Shown here piece by piece: positions 16,896-25,581 of a stretch of DNA of 64,000 nt; within the stretch, counting starts at the first letter, position 1, and every line of letters begins with the position of its first letter. Under the pieces are notes generated by a model. The model ran no database searches, was not told the origin of the DNA, and was given only the letters and a program-made list of their open reading frames with translations. Made by a program: the position numbers and the translations under genes. Source of the DNA: an uncultured Candidatus Saccharibacteria bacterium (GTDB taxonomy: Bacteria > Patescibacteriota > Minisyncoccia > Phycocordibacterales > UBA9973); assembly GCA_964527185.1 (NCBI GenBank), contig CAZGOI010000001.1, positions 87,166-151,165 on the forward strand. The letters run 5' to 3'.

Positions 16896-17375
16896 ATGGA
16901 AACAGTGCATTTTGTAAAAACAGAAGATATTGCAGACAGGGTTGAGGCTTTCTTTATATCTGAAAAACAGAAGTTGCTGGGTCTATTGCCAAAAGTAGAT
17001 ATTCAGCATGTCGGCGGCACATCCGTGCCTGGTTTAATCTCAAAAGGTGATCTGGATATCAATGTCCGTGTAGGGCAAAAAGATTTTCAAAGAGCCGTAG
17101 AAATCCTTAAAGAGCTTTACCAACTCAATCAGCCTGATAATTGGACTACTGAATTCGCCAGTTTTAAAGATGATGCTCGCGATCTTGGTATTCAATTAAC
17201 AGTGATTGGCTCGTCTGATGATTACTTCGTTGCTCAAAGAAGTTATTTGAAAAATCATCCTGAAAAAGTCATTGAACTAAATTCTTTGAAGGAAAAGTTT
17301 GAGGGCAAGGATATGGATGAGTATCGCAAAGAAAAAGGAAGATTCTTTGAAAGTCTTAACCCCTATATTTCTTAG
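16896..17375 (+). CDS. GrpB-family (UPF0157) nucleotidyltransferase-fold protein
   Basis: DIQHVGGTSVPGLISKGDLDINVRV is a GrpB signature. Confidence 0.7.
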   Translation: METVHFVKTEDIADRVEAFFISEKQKLLGLLPKVDIQHVGGTSVPGLISKGDLDINVRVGQKDFQRAVEILKELYQLNQPDNWTTEFASFKDDARDLGIQLTVIGSSDDYFVAQRSYLKNHPEKVIELNSLKEKFEGKDMDEYRKEKGRFFESLNPYIS

Positions 17376-17392
17376 CCCGAGTGTCCCGCATT

Positions 17393-17944
17393 TTATTTCT
17401 CATTATCCATAATCTGCCACAAGTGGAGCGCCAGGTGGGTGCGCAGGCCGGCGTGACGGCGCGCCAGGGCGAGCATTTTTTCTTCGCTTGGCAATTGCCG
17501 CAGGCCAAAGAATTTCATAAAGCCCTTGCGGATGGCTAGGTCGCCGGTCGGCAAGACGTCTGGCCGGCCAAGTGAGAATATCAAAAACATATGGGCCGTC
17601 CAAATGCCGACGCCTTTGACTTGGGTCAAGTGGTCGATGATTTCTTGGTCGGTCATATTGCTAAATTTTTTAGTTTCGATCGTGCCGTCGTCGAATTTCT
17701 TTGCCAAATCTTTTATATATAAAACTTTGCCACGCGATAGCCCGGCGGTACGAAGTTTGGCTGGCGAAATTTTGAGTACGTCTTTTGGCGTCGGAAATTT
17801 TTTCTCCGGCCAGAGGCCGACGAACCTACTATATATAGTGCCGGCGGCTCGGCCCGAGAGCTGCTGGTAGATGATAGACCGGGCTAGCGCTTGAAAATGG
17901 TTTTTTGTTTTTTTTAAGTTTCTTTTTTTGATATTTATTTTCAC
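17393..17944 (-). CDS. HhH-GPD superfamily DNA glycosylase (3-methyladenine glycosylase II / AlkA-like)
   Basis: QQLSGRAAGTIYSRF..GVGIWTAHMFLIFSLGRPDVLPTGDLAIRKG contains the helix-hairpin-helix and the catalytic Asp. The start was placed at an upstream GTG (about 17944); the track ORF extends to 18055, across the promoter of the divergent kinase gene. Confidence 0.7.
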   Translation of the reverse strand: MKINIKKRNLKKTKNHFQALARSIIYQQLSGRAAGTIYSRFVGLWPEKKFPTPKDVLKISPAKLRTAGLSRGKVLYIKDLAKKFDDGTIETKKFSNMTDQEIIDHLTQVKGVGIWTAHMFLIFSLGRPDVLPTGDLAIRKGFMKFFGLRQLPSEEKMLALARRHAGLRTHLALHLWQIMDNEK

Positions 17945-17987
17945 AAACAAAGTATAGCACCAAGTAAGTGCAAATTTGGTATAATCG

Positions 17988-18740
17988 GTGTGTATGGACG
18001 AACTCCAAAAACTCAAGACCGAAAATGAAAAATTAAAAAAATTAAACGCCGCCAAGACCGACTTGGTTTCTGTTTCGGCTCACCAGTTGCGCACCTCGCT
18101 GTCGGCCATCAAATGGATACTCAAAATGCTGATCGACAAAGACCTGGGCCCGCTGACCAACGAACAACAAGGTTTCATCGAGAAAGCTTTTGATAGCAAC
18201 GAGCGGATGATCGTCTCGGTCAACAATCTGTTGACCCTAAACCACACCGGTGAGTTTAATTTTGAAATGAAGATCGAAAAAGTTAATTTGCTAAAGATGG
18301 TCGAGCAAATTCTTTTTGAATTCTCGGGCGAGACATTCAATAAAGGCATCGAGCTGACGCTGCTGAAACCAAACAGTGCCCTGCCAGATGTAGTCTGCGA
18401 TAGCGAGATGATCCGGGTGGCTATTCAAAACCTGGTCGAGAACGCTATCAAATACAGCTATCCTCATGGCAAGATTATTGTTTCCGTTAGATACAAGAGC
18501 GAGGCAAAAGAAATCGAGGTGTCGGTGCATGACAACGGCATCGGCATCAGCCGCGAAAATCAAGAAAAAATATTTGAAAAGTTTTTCCGAGCTACGAGCG
18601 CCATCAAAAAAGAAACGACTGGTTCTGGTATTGGGCTATTTACGACTAAAAATATTGTCGATAAACATAAGGGTCGGGTTTGGTTTGAAAGCGCGCCAGA
18701 GAGCGGCACGACGTTTTTCATTGCATTGCCTATAGGCTAA
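17988..18740 (+). CDS. cytoplasmic sensor histidine kinase (HisKA + HATPase_c, no transmembrane or sensor domain)
   Basis: H-box SAHQLRTSLSAIKW, N-box VENAIKYS, and G-boxes HDNGIGIS and GSGIGL. The N-terminus is only a short coiled coil. Confidence 0.8.
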   Translation: MCMDELQKLKTENEKLKKLNAAKTDLVSVSAHQLRTSLSAIKWILKMLIDKDLGPLTNEQQGFIEKAFDSNERMIVSVNNLLTLNHTGEFNFEMKIEKVNLLKMVEQILFEFSGETFNKGIELTLLKPNSALPDVVCDSEMIRVAIQNLVENAIKYSYPHGKIIVSVRYKSEAKEIEVSVHDNGIGISRENQEKIFEKFFRATSAIKKETTGSGIGLFTTKNIVDKHKGRVWFESAPESGTTFFIALPIG

Positions 18741-18756
18741 TTGATATAATAGCTCT

Positions 18757-19125
18757 ATGAAAAAGATTTTAATAATCGAAGACGACAATTTTCTACAAGG
18801 ACTCGAGGCGGGCAAGCTAAAAAAGAGTGGTTACGATGTTACGACGGCAAAAGACGGTGAAGAGGGTATGCAGAAAATTTACGAGCCTAGCATCGACCTC
18901 ATACTGCTTGATATCATCTTGCCAAAATTCGACGGCTTCGAGATTTTGAAAAAAGTCAAAGAAACCGAGACGCTTAGAAAAATCCCGGTCATAGTTTTTT
19001 CTAACTTATCTGAAGAAAAAGACATAAAGAAGGCCAAGGAATTGGGCGCTGTTGATTTTATGGTCAAATCAAACTTCACGCTCGACGAGCTGGTGGCTCA
19101 CATAGAAGAGATTTTAAAAAAATAA
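18757..19125 (+). CDS. single-domain response regulator (CheY-like receiver only)
   Basis: ILIIEDD..DLILLDIILPKFDGFEIL..PVIVFSN..KAKELGAVDFMVK. There is no output domain. Confidence 0.8.
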   Translation: MKKILIIEDDNFLQGLEAGKLKKSGYDVTTAKDGEEGMQKIYEPSIDLILLDIILPKFDGFEILKKVKETETLRKIPVIVFSNLSEEKDIKKAKELGAVDFMVKSNFTLDELVAHIEEILKK

Positions 19126-19148
19126 TCCCCGAGTCGGGGTTTTATTTT
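19123..19148 (+). terminator. rho-independent terminator
   Basis: atccccgagtcggggttttattttg. Confidence 0.5.
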
Positions 19149-19299
19149 GCGTGCTATACTATTTTAATGAAAATGAGCGAAAATGCCCGGGCCATACTCC
19201 TCCTCATTATCTTGGTCGCTATCGGCGGGATAGTTTTGTATGGGCAAAACACCCCATGGGGCACGCATAAATACAAAGATTTCTGGCCAGAAAAATTCT

Positions 19300-21480
19300 A
19301 TGAATCTCGATGACAAGATTGCAAAACATTTTCGCCTGCAACAACCACAAGAGAGAGCCTTGGCCCGACTTGGGCTTCTTGATATCGGCGACCTGCTCTA
19401 CCACTTCCCCCACAGGTATACCGATATCTCGCAAATTAAATACATAAACACTCTCGAGCATGGCGAGACGGCAACGATCCTCGGAAAAATTTCTAAATTA
19501 AAAACAAAAAAAGGTTGGAAGAGTAAAATCCCGATGGGCCAAGCGATACTCGCGGATGCAACTGGCACGATAAATATCATCTGGTTCCACCAGCCATACT
19601 TGGCAAAGATGTTAAAAGATGGCGAGGTTGTGCGAATCACCGGCAAAGTCTCACAGAGTAAAACCTATGGCCTAACTTTAACCAACCCAGAATTCCAAAA
19701 GGGCGACACCTTGCCCGTTGACCTGCACGATTCGCTTTTTAAAAAGGATAGTGAGACTATTTATGGTGGTGGCTACCCCGTTTACGGCGAGACCAAGGGC
19801 ATAACTTCAAAGTGGTTCTACCACGCTATTTCAAAAATTTTGAAAGACGATTGCGTAAAAAATATTGTCGAATACATACCAAGAGAAATTCTTGATAAAT
19901 ACAAATTGCCGAGCCTGCACACGGCCCTCGTCTGGGTTCATATGCCAAAGAAAAAAGAGCACGCCGAGATTGCCCGCAAGCGATTTGCATTTGAAGAAAT
20001 TTTTTTCATCCAACTTTCGCGCCAGCGCGAGCGCAAAGAATATGAAGAAATGTTTTCATACAAGTTAAACATTTCGGCCAAAGATATTAGCGATTTTATT
20101 TCTCGCTTCCCTTTTGCTCCGACAAGGGCGCAGAGGAATGTGACCGACACAATACTCGAGGATTTAAAAAAGGGCAAACCGATGTCGCGCTTGGTCGAGG
20201 GTGATGTCGGCTCGGGCAAAACTTTTGTGGCAGCGACTGTTTCATATGCGGTCATCAAAAATCGCCCGGTGGGACAGGGCTTTGGCAACCTGCAAGTCGC
20301 CTACATGGCCCCAACCGAAGTCTTGGCGACCCAGCTTTATGAAAACTTTATCGAATATTTCGACCACACTGGCATTTCGATCGGCCTGGTCACTGGCAGC
20401 GGCTGCCGAAAGTTCCCTTCAAAGAGCGCCCATTGGGAAGGTGGCAAACAAGTTCGCACCTGGACACCGATCTCGCGCGCCCAGCTTTTGAAATGGGTAA
20501 AAAATGGCGAGATCCCGATAGTTGTCGGCACGCACGCCCTTATTCAAAAGTCTGTCGACTTCAAAGATTTAGGCCTTGTCGTTATCGACGAACAGCACCG
20601 CTTCGGGACCAACCAACGCATGAAACTTGCAAAGAAAGAAGGCCACGCCCCGCACTACCTTTCGATGACAGCCACCCCGATCCCAAGAACACTAGCGCTG
20701 ACTATATATGGCGACCTTGATCTTTCGATTCTTGATGAAATGCCGGTCGGTCGAAAAGAAATAATAACAAAAATTGTCGCGCCCGATAAAAGAGGCGAAG
20801 CCTATGAAGCCGTGCGGAGCGAATTAGAAAAAGGTAGGCAGGCGTATATAATTTGCCCAAGAATTTTTGACGCCGAAGTTAGCACTGCTTTTGAAACTAA
20901 ATCAGTAACCACTGAAGCCAAAAGACTTCAAAAAGAAGTTTTTCCAAAATATAGGATTGGTGTCATGCATTCAAAGATGTCTAAGCAGGCGAAAGAAGAA
21001 GTCATGCAGGATTTTAAAAATCATGATATAGATATTTTGGTTTCAACCTCGGTCGTCGAAGTCGGAGTCAACGTCGAAAATGCGACTTCGATCGTGATCG
21101 AGGGGGCCGAGCGGTTCGGCTTGGCCCAGCTGCACCAGCTTCGTGGCCGAGTTTTGCGCAGCAGCCACCAGGCATATTGCTATTTATTTGCCGAAGCCAA
21201 AACTGAAAAGACCATGGACAGGTTGAAGGCTCTGACAAAAACGAGCAATGGTTTTGAATTGGCCGAGCTCGACCTTTCGCTCCGCGGGGCTGGGTTACTC
21301 TCTGGTGACAAGCAGTGGGGTGTGACCGACCTTGGAATGGAAGCGATCAAAAATATAAAAATGGTCGAAGCGGCGCGAACCGAGGCGACCAGATTGGTAG
21401 AGCAAGACATCAATCTCAAAAAATATCCATTGCTTGCCAAAGAACTAGAAAAAAAGCATTTAGATTTACATTTTGAGTAG
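19300..21480 (+). CDS. recG: ATP-dependent DNA helicase RecG
   Basis: A wedge/OB N-terminal domain, the DEAH helicase motifs EGDVGSGKTFVA and VVIDEQHRFG, and the C-terminal helicase lobe. The start was set at MNLDDKIAKHF, a typical RecG N-terminus; the track ORF starts at 19240. Confidence 0.85.
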   Translation: MNLDDKIAKHFRLQQPQERALARLGLLDIGDLLYHFPHRYTDISQIKYINTLEHGETATILGKISKLKTKKGWKSKIPMGQAILADATGTINIIWFHQPYLAKMLKDGEVVRITGKVSQSKTYGLTLTNPEFQKGDTLPVDLHDSLFKKDSETIYGGGYPVYGETKGITSKWFYHAISKILKDDCVKNIVEYIPREILDKYKLPSLHTALVWVHMPKKKEHAEIARKRFAFEEIFFIQLSRQRERKEYEEMFSYKLNISAKDISDFISRFPFAPTRAQRNVTDTILEDLKKGKPMSRLVEGDVGSGKTFVAATVSYAVIKNRPVGQGFGNLQVAYMAPTEVLATQLYENFIEYFDHTGISIGLVTGSGCRKFPSKSAHWEGGKQVRTWTPISRAQLLKWVKNGEIPIVVGTHALIQKSVDFKDLGLVVIDEQHRFGTNQRMKLAKKEGHAPHYLSMTATPIPRTLALTIYGDLDLSILDEMPVGRKEIITKIVAPDKRGEAYEAVRSELEKGRQAYIICPRIFDAEVSTAFETKSVTTEAKRLQKEVFPKYRIGVMHSKMSKQAKEEVMQDFKNHDIDILVSTSVVEVGVNVENATSIVIEGAERFGLAQLHQLRGRVLRSSHQAYCYLFAEAKTEKTMDRLKALTKTSNGFELAELDLSLRGAGLLSGDKQWGVTDLGMEAIKNIKMVEAARTEATRLVEQDINLKKYPLLAKELEKKHLDLHFE

Positions 21481-21482
21481 GA

Positions 21483-23735
21483 TTATTTGAGTAATTCGTA
21501 TTTAAACAATTTTGGTGTTATATACTTTGCATAGTATATCTTTAATTTTTTCTTTAGATTTTCCAGTTCGCCATTTAATGTTGGATAATCATATTCTATT
21601 TTATTATTCTCGTCTTTTTTGTAAGTGTTTAATTCCATCTCAATTTGATATGGACCATAAGCTAATTTTTTGTCATATTTCTTTGTCTTTTTTGCCTCCT
21701 TTAAAACGCCCTCCCAAATTTTAATCAATTCTTTCTCTTCCGAATTTAATTTATATTTTTCAAGCTGTATACTTGCTAGTGTTTTTGCATCAAAACAAAG
21801 CTCGTTTTTATAAAATCGTTTGTCACTTCCTGTAAAAGAAAGACATTTATTATATCTGGAAAGACAAGTAAAGATAAAACATGATTTCAGGAAATCTTTA
21901 TCTTTTATATATTTGTCACCGCCATCTCCAGTAGTAAAATACACATCTTTTTCATACCAATTTTCTTGTGGGTAAAGTTTTGCAGCGAAAAGTGGCAGTT
22001 TCTCTAGAAAATTATCGGATCGTAAGTAAAAACCACGAGCGTTATAAAGTATTTGTCTTGTTAGGGAAAAATTTGATGGACCAATTAAGAATCCCTTTGC
22101 TGTCATGTAGCCCAGAATGTTTTTGTTGTATATAGATACTCCGTCACATTTTCTATGATTAGCTTCAGTACCGTCACTTTCGCACCAAACACTTGTTTTA
22201 ACATCATCCTTAAATTCTCTTTTTTCGAATAGTGGTAATAAAGTATTTTTAACTTTTTTTACTTCAACATTAATTTTAATATCCACGATTTTGTCGTCCT
22301 TTATGTCTGATGTTTTATTGTTATCAATATCAAAAGCTGGAAAAACAAAATTATCTTGTTCTTTATCTTTATTCTGCCACCAAATTACAGAAATAGAGCT
22401 TGGTGATGCGTGAAAATGTTGACGGTTGGCCAAAAAACCATTTTTAAAATACTTATTCACTAGACCTATACTTTTAAAATATTTAACAGGTGAAAATAGT
22501 ATGTAACTATCCGTTGGTTGTCTAAGGTAATATTTAAGACCAGACCAAATAAATAAATTTGTTATTTCGCGTGCTGAGGATATATTGCTATTATTTAGAC
22601 TTTCAAGTTCCTTTCGCATTTCTTGTGAGACATATTTATTTTTTCTATCAGTCTTTTTCTGCCCTTGCTCATCAGTAAACTCCACAGCAGAGGTATCACT
22701 ATATGGAGGATTTTCGAACAAAATTACCGTGCATTTTGGATTATCAATATATTGCTTAATAATTTCGTTTTCAACAAAATCTTTGCTTAAGGCATCTGCA
22801 TTTGTCACGAAACCTGCTGAAAATTCCACATTGTCTTCCGTTGGTGGAATGATGTGGCGGACACGTCCATTAAAACGCTCTAATAGGACTTTATACTCAT
22901 AATATTCCATTGTGCTCACAATGGTGTGAGATAGTTCTTCTTCTGAAAGTTCAGCCTGTAAGTTTCCAGTTCCAGCGCAACGGTCTAAAATTATATAATC
23001 ATTGCCTTTAGGTACGAGTTTTATTGCTTCGCGGACAAGTTCCACCGCTTTTCTAGCATATGCAGGTGGAGTAAAGAAAGCACCGAGCTCTTTTTTGATT
23101 AGATTATCATTCAATTTGTCCATCAAATACTTAAATTTGATGTTTGTTTTTTCTTTAAACGGTAAAATGTAAGCCTTAAATTTTATGGGTTTGCGAATTT
23201 CTCCGTCGTCTTTATCGTCAAGAAAATCACTTTTCTTTGCTGTTGGATTTTCTCGATAAAATTTTTCTGCCCAACCGACAATACAATCTTCATCTATTTT
23301 TATTTTTGTAAAATTATTCTCTTTGAGTAGTTTTAAAACTTTGTCCGCATCAGACATATTAGAATAATTGTATTCTTTCGGTTGTTTTTTTATCGCGAAC
23401 CCCTCATTATTCTTACTAGCTCCGCCATAATAGATCTGATGAATCTCATCGAAATAATCTCCACTGTCAAAGACATAAACCTTGCCTTGATTTAATGATA
23501 CGAGAAGAATGTTTTTTGGTACTGGGTGACCAGTTATTCTTAATCTTGAAAGATATTTAATAGCTTGAAAAAGTACTTGTTGTGTATTGTTGATACTTAA
23601 TTTAAATTCAAAAATGTTTCCATTATATACACCATCAGTGTTCGCAATAAGAACATTATTCTCATCAAGTTTAATCCCAAAATTTTTGAAAAAATGGAGT
23701 TGACCTTCTCGTTCGGTTGTAAAGTTATTATGCAT
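21483..23735 (-). CDS. Type IIG (MmeI-like) single-polypeptide restriction-modification enzyme: N-terminal PD-(D/E)xK nuclease, gamma-class N6-adenine methyltransferase, C-terminal target-recognition domain
   Basis: N-terminal D-x8-ExK (NTDGVYNGNIFEFKLS). Methyltransferase motifs in gamma order: X LGAFFTPPAYARKAVELV, I ILDRCAGTGNL, IV ILFENPPYSD. This is followed by a ~330-aa C-terminal region. The gene is visibly more AT-rich than its neighbours. Confidence 0.6.
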   Translation of the reverse strand: MHNNFTTEREGQLHFFKNFGIKLDENNVLIANTDGVYNGNIFEFKLSINNTQQVLFQAIKYLSRLRITGHPVPKNILLVSLNQGKVYVFDSGDYFDEIHQIYYGGASKNNEGFAIKKQPKEYNYSNMSDADKVLKLLKENNFTKIKIDEDCIVGWAEKFYRENPTAKKSDFLDDKDDGEIRKPIKFKAYILPFKEKTNIKFKYLMDKLNDNLIKKELGAFFTPPAYARKAVELVREAIKLVPKGNDYIILDRCAGTGNLQAELSEEELSHTIVSTMEYYEYKVLLERFNGRVRHIIPPTEDNVEFSAGFVTNADALSKDFVENEIIKQYIDNPKCTVILFENPPYSDTSAVEFTDEQGQKKTDRKNKYVSQEMRKELESLNNSNISSAREITNLFIWSGLKYYLRQPTDSYILFSPVKYFKSIGLVNKYFKNGFLANRQHFHASPSSISVIWWQNKDKEQDNFVFPAFDIDNNKTSDIKDDKIVDIKINVEVKKVKNTLLPLFEKREFKDDVKTSVWCESDGTEANHRKCDGVSIYNKNILGYMTAKGFLIGPSNFSLTRQILYNARGFYLRSDNFLEKLPLFAAKLYPQENWYEKDVYFTTGDGGDKYIKDKDFLKSCFIFTCLSRYNKCLSFTGSDKRFYKNELCFDAKTLASIQLEKYKLNSEEKELIKIWEGVLKEAKKTKKYDKKLAYGPYQIEMELNTYKKDENNKIEYDYPTLNGELENLKKKLKIYYAKYITPKLFKYELLK

Positions 23736-23779
23736 ATTTAAATACTGTCATATTATTATATTTTTTCCAAATTTAGAAC

Positions 23780-23853
23780 TGGTGGACCCACGGGGAATCG
23801 CACCCCGGACTCGTCCATGCCATGGACGCGTGTTACTACTATACTATGGGCCC
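23780..23853 (-). tRNA. atypical tRNA-Ala-like gene (anticodon GGC, G3:U70, encoded CCA) with a degenerate D-arm
   Basis: The reverse complement GGGCCCAUAGUAUAGUAGUAACACGCGUCCAUGGCAUGGACGAGUCCGGGGUGCGAUUCCCCGUGGGUCCACCA has a perfect 7-bp acceptor stem with G3:U70, an anticodon stem-loop (AUGGCAU), and a canonical T-arm plus CCA. The D-region lacks G18G19 and a proper D-stem. It could be a functional minimal tRNA, a pseudogene, or a remnant of an integration site. Confidence 0.5.
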
Positions 23854-24039
23854 AGAAGGCATATTATTTGTCTCGTATGAATCTCGATTACTGCCATGGG
23901 TACATGTCATCACGAATAATTTCTCGCCGTCGCTCGAAAATTTCGCGATCCCGGCTCGTGGTTTTGCGCACTCGCAAAACATCACTCCGCCCCGGGCAAG
24001 TGAACAAAAAAGATAAACTTTCATCTTTTTTGTTCCTTG

Positions 24040-24112
24040 TCCGCTCGGCAGGAATCGAACCTGCGACCATCTCCTTAAAAGGGAGCTGCTCTACCGACTG
24101 AGCTACGAGCGG
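24040..24112 (-). tRNA. tRNA-Lys (anticodon TTT)
   Basis: The reverse complement CCGCUCGUAGCUCAGUCGGUAGAGCAGCUCCCUUUUAAGGAGAUGGUCGCAGGUUCGAUUCCUGCCGAGCGGA has anticodon loop CUUUUAA and a D-arm typical of tRNA-Lys. Confidence 0.8.
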
Positions 24113-24340
24113 ATTACACAAAAGTACCATATTCTAAGGATAAAATCAATTTATCCACACGATGTTTTGAAAAAAAATTTCAGACGATATATAATGTACG
24201 TAAGTTTCGTTTTGTTAACTTCTATCTGCACCCAAAGATATTGGGAAATAAAAATTGAGGAAGTATTTTAACAATCATAGTTGTTTCAGTCGCATCTTTT
24301 TTATTATAGGGTGCGCGTGTTCTTTATCTAAAGGCTAGAA

Positions 24341-24397
24341 AGGCCTAGGAGTCAGTTCTCGAATCTCGAGGTTTGACTCCTAGGCCTTTTATTTTTG
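24341..24397. terminator. strong 14-bp-stem hairpin with T-run (terminator-like), with a nested palindrome in the loop
   Basis: aggcctaggagtca..(loop gttctcgaatctcgaggtt)..tgactcctaggcct followed by tttatttttg. The loop itself contains the palindrome ctcga-atc-tcgag. Confidence 0.5.
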
Positions 24398-24408
24398 TCT
24401 CAAGAATT

Positions 24409-25050
24409 TTATTTGTTTAAATTACTTAAAATAAACTGCTCGAGCCCAATCGTAAAATCAAGCTCGCCCAAGTGGGCATCGTGATAGAGCGAGACTATTT
24501 TTTTAGATTGGTTTTTAAGCTCGGCCTCGGTAAAGTTCTTGCTGCCTGCTATTAGCATATTTTTTATCTTCCAGAAAAGCATACCAGATATAGCCTCGGG
24601 CTCGGCTCCAGATTCTACGGCTTCTAGATAAAGCACCCAAGTGCCAATCTTGTCGCGGTTGCCAAAAGAATTTGCAATGGCAAAGGTGTTTGGTTTTGGC
24701 GCGGTGATGATTTTCTTTTCTTCAAATTTTTCAATGGTTGCGAGTTTGGTGTACTTTTTTTCTGTGGCGGCCAAGAGTTTGTCTTCGAGGAAGGTAAAAA
24801 TAGTTTCAGAGTTTTTAAGAGTTGCGAGCTCGTCTTTAGAGAAATCAATTTCTGCTTCCTTAAAAGCGCCGTCGATGATTGCGATTGATTTTTCACCAAA
24901 GAGATTTTCATCTTGGGCAAGCGACATGATCGCAGAACTTGAAACATCGCTTGCAAAAAGTCGCGTAACATTGCGCCCCTCTGCTAGTTTGTCGAGGTAA
25001 GCCTTTCTTTTTTTAAAATCGTTGCCAGAGAGAATGTATATCATATCCAA
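24409..25050 (-). CDS. holA: short DNA polymerase III delta subunit-like protein (HolA-like)
   Basis: N-terminal MIYILSGNDFKKRKAYLDKL and C-terminal GMLFWKIKNMLIA..SLYHDAHLGELDF resemble HolA N- and C-terminal regions. At 213 aa it is shorter than the canonical protein. Confidence 0.5.
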   Translation of the reverse strand: MDMIYILSGNDFKKRKAYLDKLAEGRNVTRLFASDVSSSAIMSLAQDENLFGEKSIAIIDGAFKEAEIDFSKDELATLKNSETIFTFLEDKLLAATEKKYTKLATIEKFEEKKIITAPKPNTFAIANSFGNRDKIGTWVLYLEAVESGAEPEAISGMLFWKIKNMLIAGSKNFTEAELKNQSKKIVSLYHDAHLGELDFTIGLEQFILSNLNK

Positions 25051-25550
25051 GTGCCAACTTCTTTTTTATATTCTTCATATGGGGCGCCATATTTTTTCAT
25101 TAAAAGTTTTTCTTCTTGGCGCAAGAAATATAATTTTGTCACGAGCGAGGCAACAACAACTAGTATAACCGAGAAGAGCGAGTTGAGGACAAACGCCAGG
25201 CCGAGTGTCATGATAGAGAGCCCAATGTGCGTTGGGTTGCGAGAATATTTGTACGGCCCGGAAGCAAAATTGCGAGTCCCACCAGATTTTTCAAGATCTT
25301 TTTTTGTTGCACCCGAAGTAGACTGCGCCCAGTAGATAAGGATCGAGCCCAAGATGACCATGGCGATGCCAACATATTGGTAAATGTAATTCGAAAAAAT
25401 ATCAATTGGGATAAAAATGTCAAGGACGAGACCAAATATAACCGCAAGAAAAAACACCATATAAGAGTGCGACAGTATGAAATGCACCATGCCGTCTTGG
25501 CTTATTGGTTTTCCTATTTGCGTTGTTGATTCTGGTTTGTTTTCGTTCAT
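25041..25550 (-). CDS. isoprenylcysteine carboxyl methyltransferase (ICMT/PEMT) family membrane methyltransferase
   Basis: A polytopic protein with the C-terminal motif RNFASGPYKYSRNPTHIG..EE..L...YG..Y..Y. Confidence 0.65.
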   Translation of the reverse strand: MNENKPESTTQIGKPISQDGMVHFILSHSYMVFFLAVIFGLVLDIFIPIDIFSNYIYQYVGIAMVILGSILIYWAQSTSGATKKDLEKSGGTRNFASGPYKYSRNPTHIGLSIMTLGLAFVLNSLFSVILVVVASLVTKLYFLRQEEKLLMKKYGAPYEEYKKEVGTWI

Positions 25551-25581
25551 ATAATAATCCTATCACTAGAAAGATAGATGT

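Noticed and set aside
20201-20720. Arg/Pro-rich ORFs of 95-96 aa on both strands inside recG.
   Set aside because: They lie in alternative frames of a strongly supported helicase gene. An Arg-rich composition is typical of out-of-frame readings of GC-richer coding DNA.
23817-24130. Several 60-94-aa ORFs spanning the tRNA-Ala-like/tRNA-Lys interval.
   Set aside because: They overlap tRNA genes on either strand and lack starts in sensible context. The region is better explained as tRNA genes plus a non-coding spacer.
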